Assembly: GCA_013239625.1 (NCBI GenBank)
Contig: MU054187.1
Location: 22,075,280 to 22,139,279, forward strand
Length of the DNA: 64,000 nt
Reading direction: 5' to 3'
Origin: Lama guanicoe
Lineage: Eukaryota
Position numbers and translations under genes: made by a program. The notes beneath the pieces were generated by a model. It searched no databases, was not told the origin of the DNA, and was given only the letters and a program-made list of their open reading frames with translations. The stretch's first letter is position 1. Each line of letters begins with the position of its first letter. Shown in pieces: positions 11,897 to 24,799 of the stretch.

Positions 11897-12790
11897 TGAA
11901 AGGGAGCAGGACCCTTGCACCGCCCCGAAGCCCCGGCCTCTTGTTTACAGAAAAGCTGAAGTCTCCCAGCCTCCCTGAGTCATAGAAGAGCAGGCTCACT
12001 CAGTTGACCAGGACAAGCCTGCTGGTATTGGGGGATGGCAGTGCCTCTGACCACCTATCTCAGCAATTAACTGAGATTATTCCTTCATTTCTCTTCGAAA
12101 TTTTCACGGCTGAACAGAACCTTTGGAGATTTTTTTAGGGGAATTCTGAGTCCACCAGACTGCCGGCATTCTGATTAAAAGCAGCTTTCCTTTTTGTTAC
12201 CAAGGCTGTTGCCCCCAGGGGCATACTCCTCTCCCTGCCTCAAATAGAAACCAATCACTCTTGTCTAAGTCTCAGGAGGCCACAGCAGAGAAGAAACAAG
12301 AACTGGTTAGAACCCTTGGGGTCCAAGATGGTGGAGGAGTTGACTTCCAGTGGGTCTTGAGCCTCATTATATGCTCATTGTAATGTACTGGCTCCTAAAT
12401 GACACACCCACCAGCACCACGACAGTTGACCGTTGCCATGACAACAACCAGAAGGGCCCACACAAAGACTGAAAAACTCGAACCAGGACTGATGGGCCCC
12501 ATCACACCCAGAAGGAGGACATGATGGCAGAAGCCTCCCATCAAAGTCCACCCGGCCTGACCCGGGCTGGAGCTGTGCCTACCGCCCACCTTGGCTGTCA
12601 GCTCCCTGCTTGAGCACCTCTCTCTCCCTCTCCCAGCTCGAGCACTTTCTTTCCACTTCCCCTTCTGAGCAATAAAGCGGCTGTTCGCTTCATCCCTCTG
12701 CCTCTGCCGTGCGAATTTTCACAGCCAGCGGCAAGAACCCACACTTTGCTGGGCTTCCTCATTTGGAGGAGATCCCTCCATCTGCTAACA
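11897..12790 (+). mobile_element. ERV1-class solo LTR, possibly chimeric
   Basis: TG...CA termini; 4-bp TSD CAAC at 11893-11896 and 12791-12794; two poly(A)-signal-like hexamers (ATTAAA near 12174, AATAAA near 12671). Confidence 0.8.
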
Positions 12791-13417
12791 CAACCACAGA
12801 AAATTAATAGTGGCAACTTGCCTAAGGTAAGCCAGAGAGTAAGCAATAAAACCGGAGTTTAAACCCAAGTCGTATGGGTCAACAGCTCCTTCAAATTGCT
12901 TGACATTCTCACACCCCGTGGATCCAAGCTGCACCGACTGACAAACTCCATCCTGTGCTCTCCCACTCATGACCTCCTGATGGAGGCTTCGTGATTAGGC
13001 CAGAAGTGCGAACCTGCCTGCCTCCTCCCTCCTGAGGAAGTCCCAAGCTGGCGGCTTCGTCCCTTAGGCCAAATGCTTTGACAGGTTTGCATCATGATCT
13101 CTAGAATTAACTCCACTTGGGCTTAGGTTGAGGCATGACGTCCTGTGTACATGGTTCCTGTTCTCTTTGCCGGGGATGTGTGACACTTAATGCCTGAGAA
13201 GTGCCTGTAAGACAGCACCCGTTTGTTGCCCATACTTAGCCTGCGGGTGGAGGCCTGATCTGAGAGGCAGCTCTGGAAAACATTCGTTTGGATTTTCCCC
13301 TGCTTCACTGCGCACAGACGGCCAGGATAGCTACATTTCTCTTTCTCCCGCTAACAGACATTGAGAATTCGCTGGTCAGTATGTAACAGCTTTTCTTTCC
13401 ATAGCTCTAAGTTTTGA

Positions 13418-13590
13418 TTTACTAAATGACAACCATGTGCCAGATAGTATGCTAACTGCTTTGCAGATAATACTTTATTTAACTCTCTGAATAATCCTGA
13501 TGTAGGAGTCATTATTTTCATATTACAGATAGTCACTGAAGGACAGAATGAGGAGGGAAGTATCTGTCTGAGGAACACAGCTGATGAGGA
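13418..13590 (-). mobile_element. MIR SINE
   Basis: 'tttactaaatgacaaccatgtgccagatagtatgctaa...tgtaggagtcattattttcatattacagat'. Confidence 0.65.
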
Positions 13591-13804
13591 GGGAAATGTG
13601 TCTGCAATGGGCTCTCCACCTTCAAAGCCCCTTGTTAAAATAAAGAGCTTCCTACTTTACTTATCTTCAGAGCAACCCTGGAGGTTTAGTCTGACCTCAT
13701 GGCCCTGGGATTCAATATGGCTCAACAGAATGGCTCAGAGCCCCTTACAAAGTCACTCTGCAGGTAACGACTGCATTAGCCTGCTGTGTTGTCTTTTCCA
13801 AAAC

Positions 13805-13920
13805 TCCACACCTGGCTCTATCCCATGCTTCCACACCTGGCTCTATCCTGTGCCTCCACACCTGGCTCTATCCCATACTTCCACTTCTGGGTTTATCCCA
13901 AACCTCCACATCTGGGTCTA
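13805..13920. repeat. 25-bp minisatellite, about 4.6 copies
   Basis: Unit tccacacctggctctatcccatgct starts at 13805, 13830, 13855, 13880 and 13905. Confidence 0.92.
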
Positions 13921-15691
13921 AAAACCATCCCACTTATAGATGCTGGCTTGTGTGGGGTTTCCACTGACTTAAAACTAATTAAATAAAAACACTGAGGTTA
14001 AAAAACTTTATGTAAATCCATTCTTAATCATACTTGCTTAGCTCATTTAGAACAAATAAATCACAGTAATTCTCTTAGGTGTCTTCTGCAAATTTCTTAT
14101 GTTTTCTGATAAAGAAAAAGTTTACCACCTGCATATGTAGGAGGTTCATTGTTATTATCAAGAAACCCTATATGGGTGAAACATTTCTGGACATCGCTGT
14201 AAGTCAGCCAATAATGATGGCTGTTTCTGTCAAGAACCTGCCAATTAAGCAATCTTTGGATTGGCTTTCTTCAATTGCAAGCAAAATCTTAGCTGATGAA
14301 ATGATCACATTTCTCTTTCCTACTGTATCCTAAAGTGAAGTTTGTGAATTTTTAGTACAGGAATGAAGGGGAAAAGAGTCGCCAGAGGACAGACATCACA
14401 GTGTGCTTGGAAGTGCTCTGGGCCGAGAACTAGGAGACGTGAAATCTTAGCCTGGCCATGTCACCCCAAAACTATCTTACTTGGCTCTCTGAGCCCCAGT
14501 TTTGTATATGAAATGAAGCTAATGTTTAAAGCACTATACGAACTTATTGCTATTAAATCACTATTACTATCATTGAGAAATGACAGCCTCTGTAGGGGGC
14601 TGTTCTGACTTGGCCTCAATCTTCCAGGTAACTCCCTTTTTGTTTTGCCTGTAGAGCCCTTTCCAGGCAGCATGACAGTATGATGGTGGTCTTATTGCAG
14701 AAATAATTGGTGCGGTGGTGTCCAGCACTGCCGTTTACTGTGATTATCTGCCCACCCAGGGACTCCGGCTTTGGGAAAGTTGCGAAGTACAAATGTGAGC
14801 TTCACAAAGTTTGAGGGAAAGTCTCATACAGGATAGAGCGTGCTTGACAAAGTGATTAACGAAAGGATAAGAGAAGGGAATGGCTTTTTATCCTCAAATG
14901 GAGCTCAGAGTCAGTGATCAGGCTAAGAAAGGGAATCATAGAAACATATCATTTTTAGTTATTCTAAGAGATTATTAATCAGAATTTTTGTCTTTAGGAA
15001 ATTAAATCTCAGGTATAATCCTTCTTAAGGTATGATGTGTAAGGTTTAAATAATGCCAGCTACCTCCCTTAACATGTTTTAAACATGTATATTTTACCCG
15101 TAAGTATTAGCATTCATTCATTTACTCAGATTGCACCAGGCTGTGAGTAAGGCTACTGATTTTCTCCTGAAATCCCAGAGCTCAGTAAATTTATCCATTT
15201 GATAAATAGTCAGTGAGTTTCAGGCAACCTTGGTAAGCCAAATATTTACTCTGGTGAAGGTGCCAATGATCAAAACATTTTCAGAAGTCATTTTTCATTT
15301 GTTTTCAGGGCCTGAAGTGTATGAATTATATAATACCTTGTATTCATGGACCCAGTGCACAAACACTGTGTAATCCTTATAAGAACAGGGTGTCATCGTG
15401 ATATATGTGAAAGGGGCACACCTAAGAGCAGCTCAGCACGTACTTGAAAAGATCATTGTTAACCACACTTGACAGGTGAAGACACGGGGACTTGAAAAAG
15501 TAAACGACTTTCACAAAGTCAACATCCTAAGTGTGAAAACCCAGACTCTCAACCTCTGACCCTCAATTCAGTTTTTTTTTTAAATTCAGTTCATCAATGT
15601 CTTCAACAGTGACAACTCATTAGGAAACCAAACTGGTTAATAGTGAGGGGTTTGTTCTGTTTGCTTTATTTTTAATAAAATTGAGGCATTA

Positions 15692-17490
15692 GAGGAGGCA
15701 AAAATATACAACTGGGAAAAGACAGCCTCTTCAATAAATGGTGTTGGGCAAATGGGACAGTGATATGCAAAAGAACCATCTTGGACTACTCTCTTACGCC
15801 AGGCACAAAAACAAATTAAAAATGGATTAAAGAATTAAATGTAAACTGGAAACCATAAAACTTCTAGAAGAAAACATAGGCAGTACTCTCTTTGACATTG
15901 GTCTTAGTAGTTTTTATTTGGGATGTGTTTCCTCAGGCAAGGGAAACAAAAGCAAAAATAAGCAAATGAAACTACATCAAACTAAAAAAATTTGCACAGT
16001 GAAGGACTATATTAACAAAATGAAAAAGCCACCTACTTAATGGAAGAAGATATTTTCAAACAGTACATCCAGTAAGGGGTTAATATCCAAAATATAAAAC
16101 ATCAAAAAGGCAAACAACTCAATTAAAAATGGGGCAGGAGGTCTGAATAGACATTTTTCCAAAGAAGATGAACAGATGGCCAAAAGATACATGAAAAGTT
16201 GCTCAACATCAGTAATCATCAGGGAAATGCAAATCAAAACTACAATGAGAATCAGCTCACACCTGTCAGAGTGGCTGTTATCAAAAAGACAACAAACAAC
16301 AAGTACTGAAGAGGATGTGGAGAAAGGGGAACCCTGGTGTATGGTTGGTGGGGATGCAATATAGTCACTGTGAAAAACAGTAGGGAGGTTTCTCAAAAAA
16401 TGATAATTAGAACTACCATACAATCCAACAATTCCACTTTTGGGTATCTATCTGAAGGGGAAAAAAAAAAACACTACTTGAAAGGAAATTTGCAATAGCC
16501 AAGATATGGAAGCAACCTAATAGTCTATTAACAGATAAATGAATAACGAAAGTTTTGTGCGTGTACACACACACACACACACACACACATACACACACAC
16601 AAAATGGTATATTACTCAGCCATGAAAAAGAATGAAATCTTGTCATTTGTGACAACATGAGTGGACCTTGAGGGTATTATGTTAAGTGTAATAAGTCAGA
16701 CAGAGAAAGACAAATACTGTATGATTTCACTTATATGTAAAAACAAAACAAGTGAACAAACATAACAGAACAGAAACAGAGTTATAGATACAGAGGACAA
16801 ACAGGTGACTGCCAGAAGAGAGGTGGGTGGAGAGGAGGAGAGAAATAGATAAGGGAGATTAAGAGGTACAAACTCCCAGTTCCAAATAAATGTCACGGGT
16901 ATGAAATGTACAGTGTGGGGAGTGCAGTCAATAACTCAGCAGTATCTTTGTGGTGACATATTATTGTCACTAGACTTATCATGATCATTTTGAAACACAT
17001 ACAGAAAAATCACTATGTTGTATAACAGGAACTAACATAGTGTTGTAAGTCAATTATATTTTAAAGGCCAACAAATGAACATATGAACAAACTCATAGTA
17101 AAAGAGATCAGATCTGTGATTACCAGAAGTGAACAGGTGGTGGGAAAGAGAATTGGATGAAAGTGGTCAAAAGGTACAAACTTCCAGGAATAAAATGAAT
17201 GAGCACTAGGGATGTAATGTACAACATGATAAATATAATTAACACTGATGTATCATATATACAAACTGTTGAGGGAGTAAATTCTAAGAGTTATCACACA
17301 CAAATTTTTTTCCATTTCTTTGATTTTTTTTATCTATGTGCGATGATGAATGCTCATTAAACTTATTGTAATAACCATTTCATGATGTGTATAAGTCAAA
17401 CCTCTATGCTGTACACCTTAATCTTACACAGTGTTGCATATTCACTATATCTCAATACATCAATGTAGATGTAAAACTAAATTTTAAAAA
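15692..17490 (+). mobile_element. 5'-truncated L1 (ORF2 C-terminal remnant plus 3' UTR)
   Basis: ORF 16176-16364 '[23 protein letters not shown]...' is the L1 ORF2 C-terminus. Multiple stops and frameshifts; 3' UTR follows. Confidence 0.95.
16565..16600. repeat. (CA)n microsatellite within L1
   Basis: About 18 CA units with one interruption. Confidence 0.95.
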
Positions 17491-20223
17491 ATTGTGGCAT
17501 TGACTATCAGATAATGAACCATATTTTCTTGGGTGGCTTATGAAGTGGTTTTGTAGACGATGCTGGAAAACTAGTTCTAAATTTTGGTGAGCAGTGTCAG
17601 CGTGTCTAAAAGAAGCACACATGCGTGTTCCTATAGGATGCTTTTAAAGGAGCGGTTTATTTTCACAGAATGCGGAGGGGATCACAGTTAGTTCCAGGAA
17701 CCTTGATTCCGTGGTCCAGCCTTGACCTTTCCCTAAGCATCCGTAGCACTAACTGCACTGGTTGTTTGCTTTTGAAACAGACAATAGAGCGTGGGACTTG
17801 AGGTTTACAGACCACACCAACAGTAATGAGTTATATAATAAATACATTTAAAATTATGCATATATAAATAAATACATAGTAAAGATGCATGTAAATCAAA
17901 CAAACACAACTTATAATGAAATAAACCTAGACCCAGTCAAGAACAGGAAATGAGGTTGGTATCACATGTGAACCAAACTGCCCAGGCCTTCCCTTTCCTG
18001 GGGCTGTGCCATAAACACAGCAACGAGGCAGCTTACACCAGCCACAGGTAACTCTAAACAGAAGCCTGTCTAGTGTCTTTAGACCTGAAAGTAAAAAGAC
18101 TAAGTATCCAAGGCAGAAACCCTTGGTTATAGTTTCCAGATAAGGACGGCCGCCCTCTGACCTATCTAAAGAGACAGCACAGGAGACAGAATGTTACGTG
18201 AACAAAAGCCGGGAGGGATTTGGGGTTAGACATCTTTGTGTTCAGCTAATCAGGCTGAACCATTTCACCCTCGGGGCTAAACACAATATGCAGAAAGTGA
18301 TTGCAGAGCAGAGGGAAGCTCAAAGTCTTAGCCTTTCATTTGTGAATTTTAACTTTCAGTGCCCAGGGCTAAAATCTGACATGCTCTCAAGGTTTCTGCA
18401 TCCTAGAATGGCCCACTCTGGCCATTTTGCTGGAGGATGGAACTGAATCACAGAAATATCGAAAGTGATCTTTGACTCTTAGCCCACCAGTGTTCACTTG
18501 TTTTTTCTGAGGTCCTGCATCAGGAAACTCTGTAAGGTCAACTTTCACATTGCAGTGAGGTTACAAGAGGTTACATGGAGAGACAGTCCAGTGGCAAATT
18601 TAATCACTGGGCCAGATTTTATTATCCATGACCTGAGACACTCAGCTAAGGAAATAAGCATTTCTAAATATTGAGGCTTATATTAAAGGAAATGGATGGA
18701 TAAACCAAAGCTGGATACAAATACAGCAATGGTTACCATCCAGCAGAAGAAAACTGGTGAAGCTGTGTCCATTGGAACAAAGCAGTTATTGAATGTTAGG
18801 TCAAAGATAGGTAACCAAAGACCAAAGCATGGTTAATTAAGAGCCCTCCCATGAGCAATTCAGCTGAAGACCTAGTAGAAGCCAAAAATGTTGAAAGGCC
18901 CAGATTAATTCCATGAAAACTAGAAAAGATGATATAGGTACCACAAGGGTTTTCCATCTTCTCTCAGGAAATGGAAGATTCTAGAATCAATGGATCGTTT
19001 TCTCATGCCTTTATTTTATAGATCGACAACTCCCAAGAAACAAGCAGGACATTATAAAATAAAGGGGAACATGAGGCTATTTATGATTGTTCACAGTCCC
19101 TTCCAATTCGAGGGCCACTCAACACTCATCACGAGAAGACCAGAGGGATGCTGGAAGTGGAACACCCTCTGGAAGATGCCCTGGGATCATGTGACTCAGT
19201 AACTCGCCCCATTCAGGACCACTCTTAGTGCTCCCCCAGTCACCCCTGCCACACTCATGACAACTCCCTGGAAGAGAAGAGCATTCGGAAAACAATACCT
19301 AGTTCCACATGACAGCCACTGGCATTGCTCCCAAACCCAAAAACCTACCCTCCACCCCCCTCCACCCCCCTTAAGAGGGAATTCATCTTCCACTCATTCC
19401 TGGTTTTACCACTTATTACTCATGAAAAAGCTCCTTCGTTAAACCAGCCTGCCATCTCCAGACTGTTTGAACCCAAACCCCTATTGCTTCCTTGCCTCCC
19501 AAACACTCTGACGGTACCTTTGGAACCTAATAATTATATAGCCCTACACTCTCAACCTCCTCAGTCTCCCTGCCTTACCTGAAAGCCTGCTGTTCTCAGA
19601 GGGGCCGGCATTTCCCACAATGCTATCAAGGAGAGATGTTCCTTTCTTACCTTTCATGTAACTTAGATGTGAGAAGGGGTACAGTGTCTTCTTTGCTTCC
19701 CTGTACCACTTTTAGAGCATTTCTCCTCCCCCACAGAGTGGCCCTCACCCCTGCTTCCATTTTTAAAAAGAAAAATAATGGCCAATTGATTTACAACAAA
19801 GGAGCCAAAAACATAAAATGGAGAAAGGACTGTCTCGTCAATGAAGTGTGTTGGGAAAACTGGACAGCCACCAGCTGTGAAAGTGGACCCCTATCTTACA
19901 CCATACACAGAAATCAAATCAGACTGGATTCAACTTGAACAGAGACTGAAACCATAAAACTCTTAGAATAAAATGTAGGCAGTGAGTTTCTTGACATCTG
20001 TCTTGGCAATAATTTTTTGGATCTGACACCAAAAGCAAAACAAACAAGTGGGACTACATCAAACTAAAGAGCTTCTGCACAGTAAAGGAGACCATCAATG
20101 AAATGAAAAGACAGCCTAAAGAATGGGAGAAAAATATTTGAAAATTATTTATCTGATAAGGGGTTAATATCCAAAATATAAAAAGAATTCATACAAATCA
20201 ACATTTAAAAAACCTGAACAATC

Positions 20224-20330
20224 GTGCTCACTTCGGCAGTACATATACTAAAATTGGAACAATACATTGAAGATTAGCATGGCCCCTGCGCAAGGATGAC
20301 GCACAAATTCATGAAGCATTCCGTATTTTT
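20224..20330 (+). pseudogene. RNU6: full-length U6 snRNA retrocopy (5' part of a U6/L1 chimera)
   Basis: 107 nt colinear with U6 from GTGCTC to TATTTTT, with 10 substitutions by my count against the recalled human U6, including ACAGAGA changed to ACATTGA. Upstream sequence is L1, not a U6 promoter. Confidence 0.96.
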
Positions 20331-20757
20331 AACAGACAACATAATCCCATTTGCAGCAATATGGATGTCCCTGGAGAATGTCATTCTAAGTGAAGTAAGC
20401 CAGAAAGAGAAAGAAAAATACCATATGAGATCGCTCATATGTGGAATATGAAGAAAAAAAAAAAGAACATAAATACAAAACAGAAACGGACTCACAGACA
20501 GAAAATACAAACTTGTGGTTGCCAAGGGGGTGAGGGGTGGGAAGGGACAGACTGGGATTTCAAAATGTAGAATAGATAAACAAGATTATGCTGTATAGCA
20601 CAGGGAAATACATACAAGATCTTGTGGTAGCTCACAGCGGAAAAAAAATGTGACAATGAATATATGTATGTTCATGTATAAGTGAAAAATTGTGCTCTAC
20701 ACTGGAATTTGACACAACATTGTAAAATGACTATAACTCAATAAAAAATGCTAAAAA
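20331..20757 (+). mobile_element. young L1 3' end fused to U6
   Basis: 'ataatcccatttgcagcaatatggatg...ctaagtgaagtaagccag...actggaatttgacacaacattgtaaaatgactataactcaataaaaaa'; the same 3' terminus occurs at 53000-53179. Confidence 0.93.
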
Positions 20758-22299
20758 ACCCCCAAAACAATCCAATTAAAAAATATGCAGAGAATTTGAG
20801 CAGACATTTTTCGAAAGAAGACATACAGATGGCCAACAGGCACATGAGAAGATGCTCAACATCATTAATCATCAGGGAGATGCAAATCAAAACCTCAGTG
20901 AGCTATCACCTCACACCTGTTTGAGTGGCTGTCATCAAAAAGAGAATACTGTTGGTGTGGATGTGGAGAAAAGGGAACCCTTGTGCACAGCTAATAGGAA
21001 TGTAAATTGGTGAAACCACTTATGGAAAACAGTATGGAGGTTCCTCAAAAAATTGAAAGCAGAACTACCATGGGATCCACCAATTTCAATTCTGAGTATA
21101 GATACAAAGTAAATAAAATCACTATCTTGAAAATATACCTGCATTCCAAAGTTTTTGCAGCTTTACTGACAATACCTAAGACTTGGGAACAATCTAAGTG
21201 TCCATCTGTGGATGAATGGATAAAGAAGATGTGGCAAATTCCAATAACAGAATATTACAGCCAGAAAAAAAGAAGGAAATCCTACCATTTTTTACAACAT
21301 AGATGGCTGTTGAGGGCATTATGTTAAGTGAGATAAGTCAGGCAGAGAAAGACAAATCCCTATGGTCTCAGTTATATATAGACTCTAAAAAAGCAACTCA
21401 GATACAGAACTGACTGGTAGTTGCCAGGGGCAGTGGGTGGGCATGAGGGAAAAGGATGAAGGTTGTCAAAAGATAATAACTTCCAGTCATAAGGTAAATA
21501 AGTTCTGGGGATGTAAGGTACAGCATGGTGACTATAGTTAACAATACTGTATTGTATATTTGAAAGCTGCTGAGAGCAAATCTTGAAAGTTCTCATCTCG
21601 AGAAAAAAAAATGTGTAACTATGTGAGGTGATGGGTAGTAACTAAACTTATTGTGGTGATCATTTTGCAATGTACACATGTATCAAGTGATTATGTTGTA
21701 TACTTCCGACTAATCCAATGTTATAGGCCTATTATGTCACAATAAAACTGGAAAAGCAAAAGAAACACAGCACACCTGCATCAAGGCTTCTACCTCCAAG
21801 CTCAACCGTCCTCTCTCGTCCTCATCATTGTCATCCACTGGCTTCCCAGTAGCATCTCCTTCACTGAAGACTGTGTCTGAGAAGCACTTTTCTCCATCCC
21901 ACCATCAGCTATCTCCCTAGATTAACTTTTAATGGATATTTACCTTCACTTCTGCCATGGCGCTCCTTCCCCTGGTTATACCCAGGACCTCATCTTCTAG
22001 AGGAAACAGTACAACTTCCTAAATCACCAATTGCAAATCACACTCCTCTTAACCATCTAGCAAGCTGGCCTGTTCAACCACTCATTATTGTCAGTGTTCC
22101 CTCCTATATTGGGAGTCAGTAAAGCCTTGATCGTCCCCTTTTTCCAAGGAAGTTGCCCTTCTATTTATTCATGAATCCCCTTCGGTATCCAGTCGCTTCC
22201 TTAACTGGCTCAGATTCCACGGTGTGTTCAATCATTCTCTTGCAAACGCTCTCCTCTCTCCTACTGTATCTCCCTAGAAAAAAAAATCTCTTGTTAGGT

Positions 22300-22950
22300 T
22301 CTTCTCTTGTATCATTCTTCAGTCTCTTCTAGAAATATTATCCACTCTCGTGACTTTAAATACCATCTTTAGGCTGACAACCCACCTCCATGCTCTCTTT
22401 TGCATTCTGAAACAAACACAGCCAACTGTCTGCTTGATATCTCCCACTGGATGTCTTACAAGCACCTCAAATGCATTATTAGAACTGACAAAGTTCTGAG
22501 ATGTGGGACTTTCCATTTTAAAACCAGGAAAAATCTTAGACAAATTGACAGGATCGATTACTTTAATCTCGGATGTCTAGAATAATCCCCAGCACGTGCT
22601 TGTAAATTGAGTGATTAAAACGAGGAGCCTCTCTAGACCACGTGAACATGGGCTGTTCCATTGAAATCTTTGAAGCCTTTCCTGATCACTTCCATCCTAT
22701 CTCTTAGTTTGAACCTAACTCCATTGTTAGGTTTTCCCTCCTCTGGGTTCCAATAATACTGTGTGTAGACCTCTATTTTAGCACTTATGACATTGCATCG
22801 TCCTTCTAATCATGTGTTTATAGATCTACCCTCCCTGCTGGACTTTGAGCTCCTTGCTGATAAAGACTAGGAGTTTCTAGTCTTTCTATTTGCAATACCC
22901 ATTCCAGCACCTGGTACATGACAGACACTGATAAACACATGAGGAAAGAA
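22300..22950 (+). mobile_element. L2 fragments including the 3' end
   Basis: 'actttaaataccatct...caactgtctgcttgatatctcccactggatgtc...cacctcaaa' and 'tgagctcctt...cagcacctggtacat...gacactgataaa'. Confidence 0.7.
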
Positions 22951-23046
22951 GGAAGAAGGGAAGAGAGAAAGGAGAGAAAATAAAATAAATCAAAGGAAGG
23001 GAGAAGGAAGGAAAAGAGAGAGGAAGGAGAGGGGTAAGAAGGCAGG
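22941..23046. repeat. GA-rich low-complexity tract
   Basis: Purine-rich (GGAA/GAGA)n sequence at the L2 tail. Confidence 0.7.
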
Positions 23047-24799
23047 CAGTGACCCTCTGGCTACTTGGTACAAATGTATGGAGCCATATGCAGCCAACTT
23101 GAACTAATTACGACAGGTGGTGCGACTCCTCTAGTGAGAAGTGGTAAGCAGTGGGCAGACTAATGCAACGGAAGTTTGGAATAAAACTTCTCCAATTCAC
23201 CCTCAAATAATTGCCATCTGCAGTGCCTAGACGTATTTCCAGACCTGTACAGAAGCATTTTCCTTAGTTCCAACATGCTTAGTCCTAAAAAGATGATTTG
23301 ATGTTGTGGGCTTGAGAAGAGACATTGCTTTAATGCCAGCTCAGAGTGGGTGGCCTTAATGCAACAGCTTCCATCACTCCCCCTGTCCCCAGGGCTCTTG
23401 AAGAAATAATAATCCTGGATACTAATATTAATTTGCCAATTTACTGACTTTGTCACCTACGTCTGAATTACCTCTCTAGGATGAAACTAGTTAGTTTTGG
23501 GGTTTTTTTTAATCTGTAAAATTAAGATGTTGGATTGTGCATTCTTGCCAAAGTCTGGCTGTCCTATGAATTTGAGCATCTGTGTTGCTTTTGGATGGTT
23601 CCCCATATCTGCCTGTGAGCCTTCTTACATGCAAGCTAATGTGAGTGCTGTGGGGATTCCCAGGTAGGTTACCTATTTAGAAGCTTCGAGAAATGGTGAG
23701 AGGAGTGAAAGGAAACGGAGCATTCTGAGCTATGCCAGATAGCTAAGTCAACGGGGACAGCTGATGGACTTTTTTACTCCTCTTTTGAATGAGAATCATA
23801 CAAAATACTCATCAGATTGCACTGGGGTTGGAAAGATTTAGAACCTACTGATTGAAGCACAGTGGCCTTTTATAGTCCCAGGTGCTTGTCTCATACGATT
23901 GGGATATGAAACGCCTGTGGTCTGTTTGGCTGCCTAGCGATTGCGGGTGTCATTAATTAGACTCTTCAACTTTCCTGGGTTCTTTTAAAATAGTGGCAAA
24001 AGAAAACACGAAAAAAGGTAGAATCGGTGATCTTGGGAGGAAAAGCACAGGACAGAGAATGAAGGAGAGTGAGCGACGTGTCTGGTGTATAACCTCCAGA
24101 CAGCACACGTGCCACTTTTCAGAAGTCAGGGCTGTCAGCTGTGGTGTTGATGTCTATGAATCAGTGTCTCAAACCTGTATTTGTCCTGAATGGGAGAAAA
24201 TGAGATAATCACCCTCGCAGTCACAAGCATGAGTGCCTGTGCGCAGCTCCGCACGTGGCAGGCTGGCGCATTCAGGACTGCTCCCAGTGACTGTAACATG
24301 AGCTCATTTTTATACATCTTTGCCTGTAAGCCTTTATTTGCTTAGCATTTATGTACTTTGTGAACTTCATTCTTTTCTTAGATCTGGATACATATTTTAA
24401 AAGGGGCAGACAGAAGTTAATATCATTTTTTTAAGTTTACATCTACCCATAAACGTTGTTCCCAAGCAAGTGATGATATTACTAATATGCTTTGTGAAAT
24501 CATTAAAAACTTATTTAATTATATGTCTAGAAAGGCTAGTCTACACCTGCCATCTTCCCCTTCTCTTCCTCCCACAGTGTTTGATGGAACAAGGACAAGA
24601 CACAGAAAATGCATTAATAATAGTGAACTCAAGTGGCAGCTTGTACCAAATAATCTGAGTTTTAGCATCAGCCGGTTCCCTAAACAAGGATCTATGGTAA
24701 CTACTAGATGATATTGAATTAGAAGGGGTTCAGATAACTAAGTAAATATGATGTGACATTTTCTGTTGCCAGAGCAATAGAAAGGACTGGTTAGTTATA

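Larger units (their letters stand above)
19778..21757 (+). mobile_element. 5'-truncated L1 (ORF2 3' part plus L1MA-type 3' UTR), interrupted by the U6/L1 chimera
   Basis: ORF2 remnant 'GQLIYNKGAKNIKWRKDCL...CWENW'. L1 sequence is continuous on both sides of 20224-20757 and ends 'caataaaactggaaaa'. Candidate TSD aaaagaaa(a/c)a(t/c)a. Confidence 0.92.

Noticed and set aside
13805..13920. CRISPR-like array
   Set aside because: These are head-to-tail tandem units with no unique spacers, in a mammalian context with no cas genes.
16037..16658. ORFs over L1 copies (also near 21007, 32763, 60010 and 62310-63744) as genes
   Set aside because: They are fragmented L1 ORF2 remnants or their antisense frames.
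20224..20330. Functional U6 snRNA gene
   Set aside because: It is embedded in L1 with no external U6 promoter context, the ACAGAGA box is mutated, and it is fused to an L1 tail.
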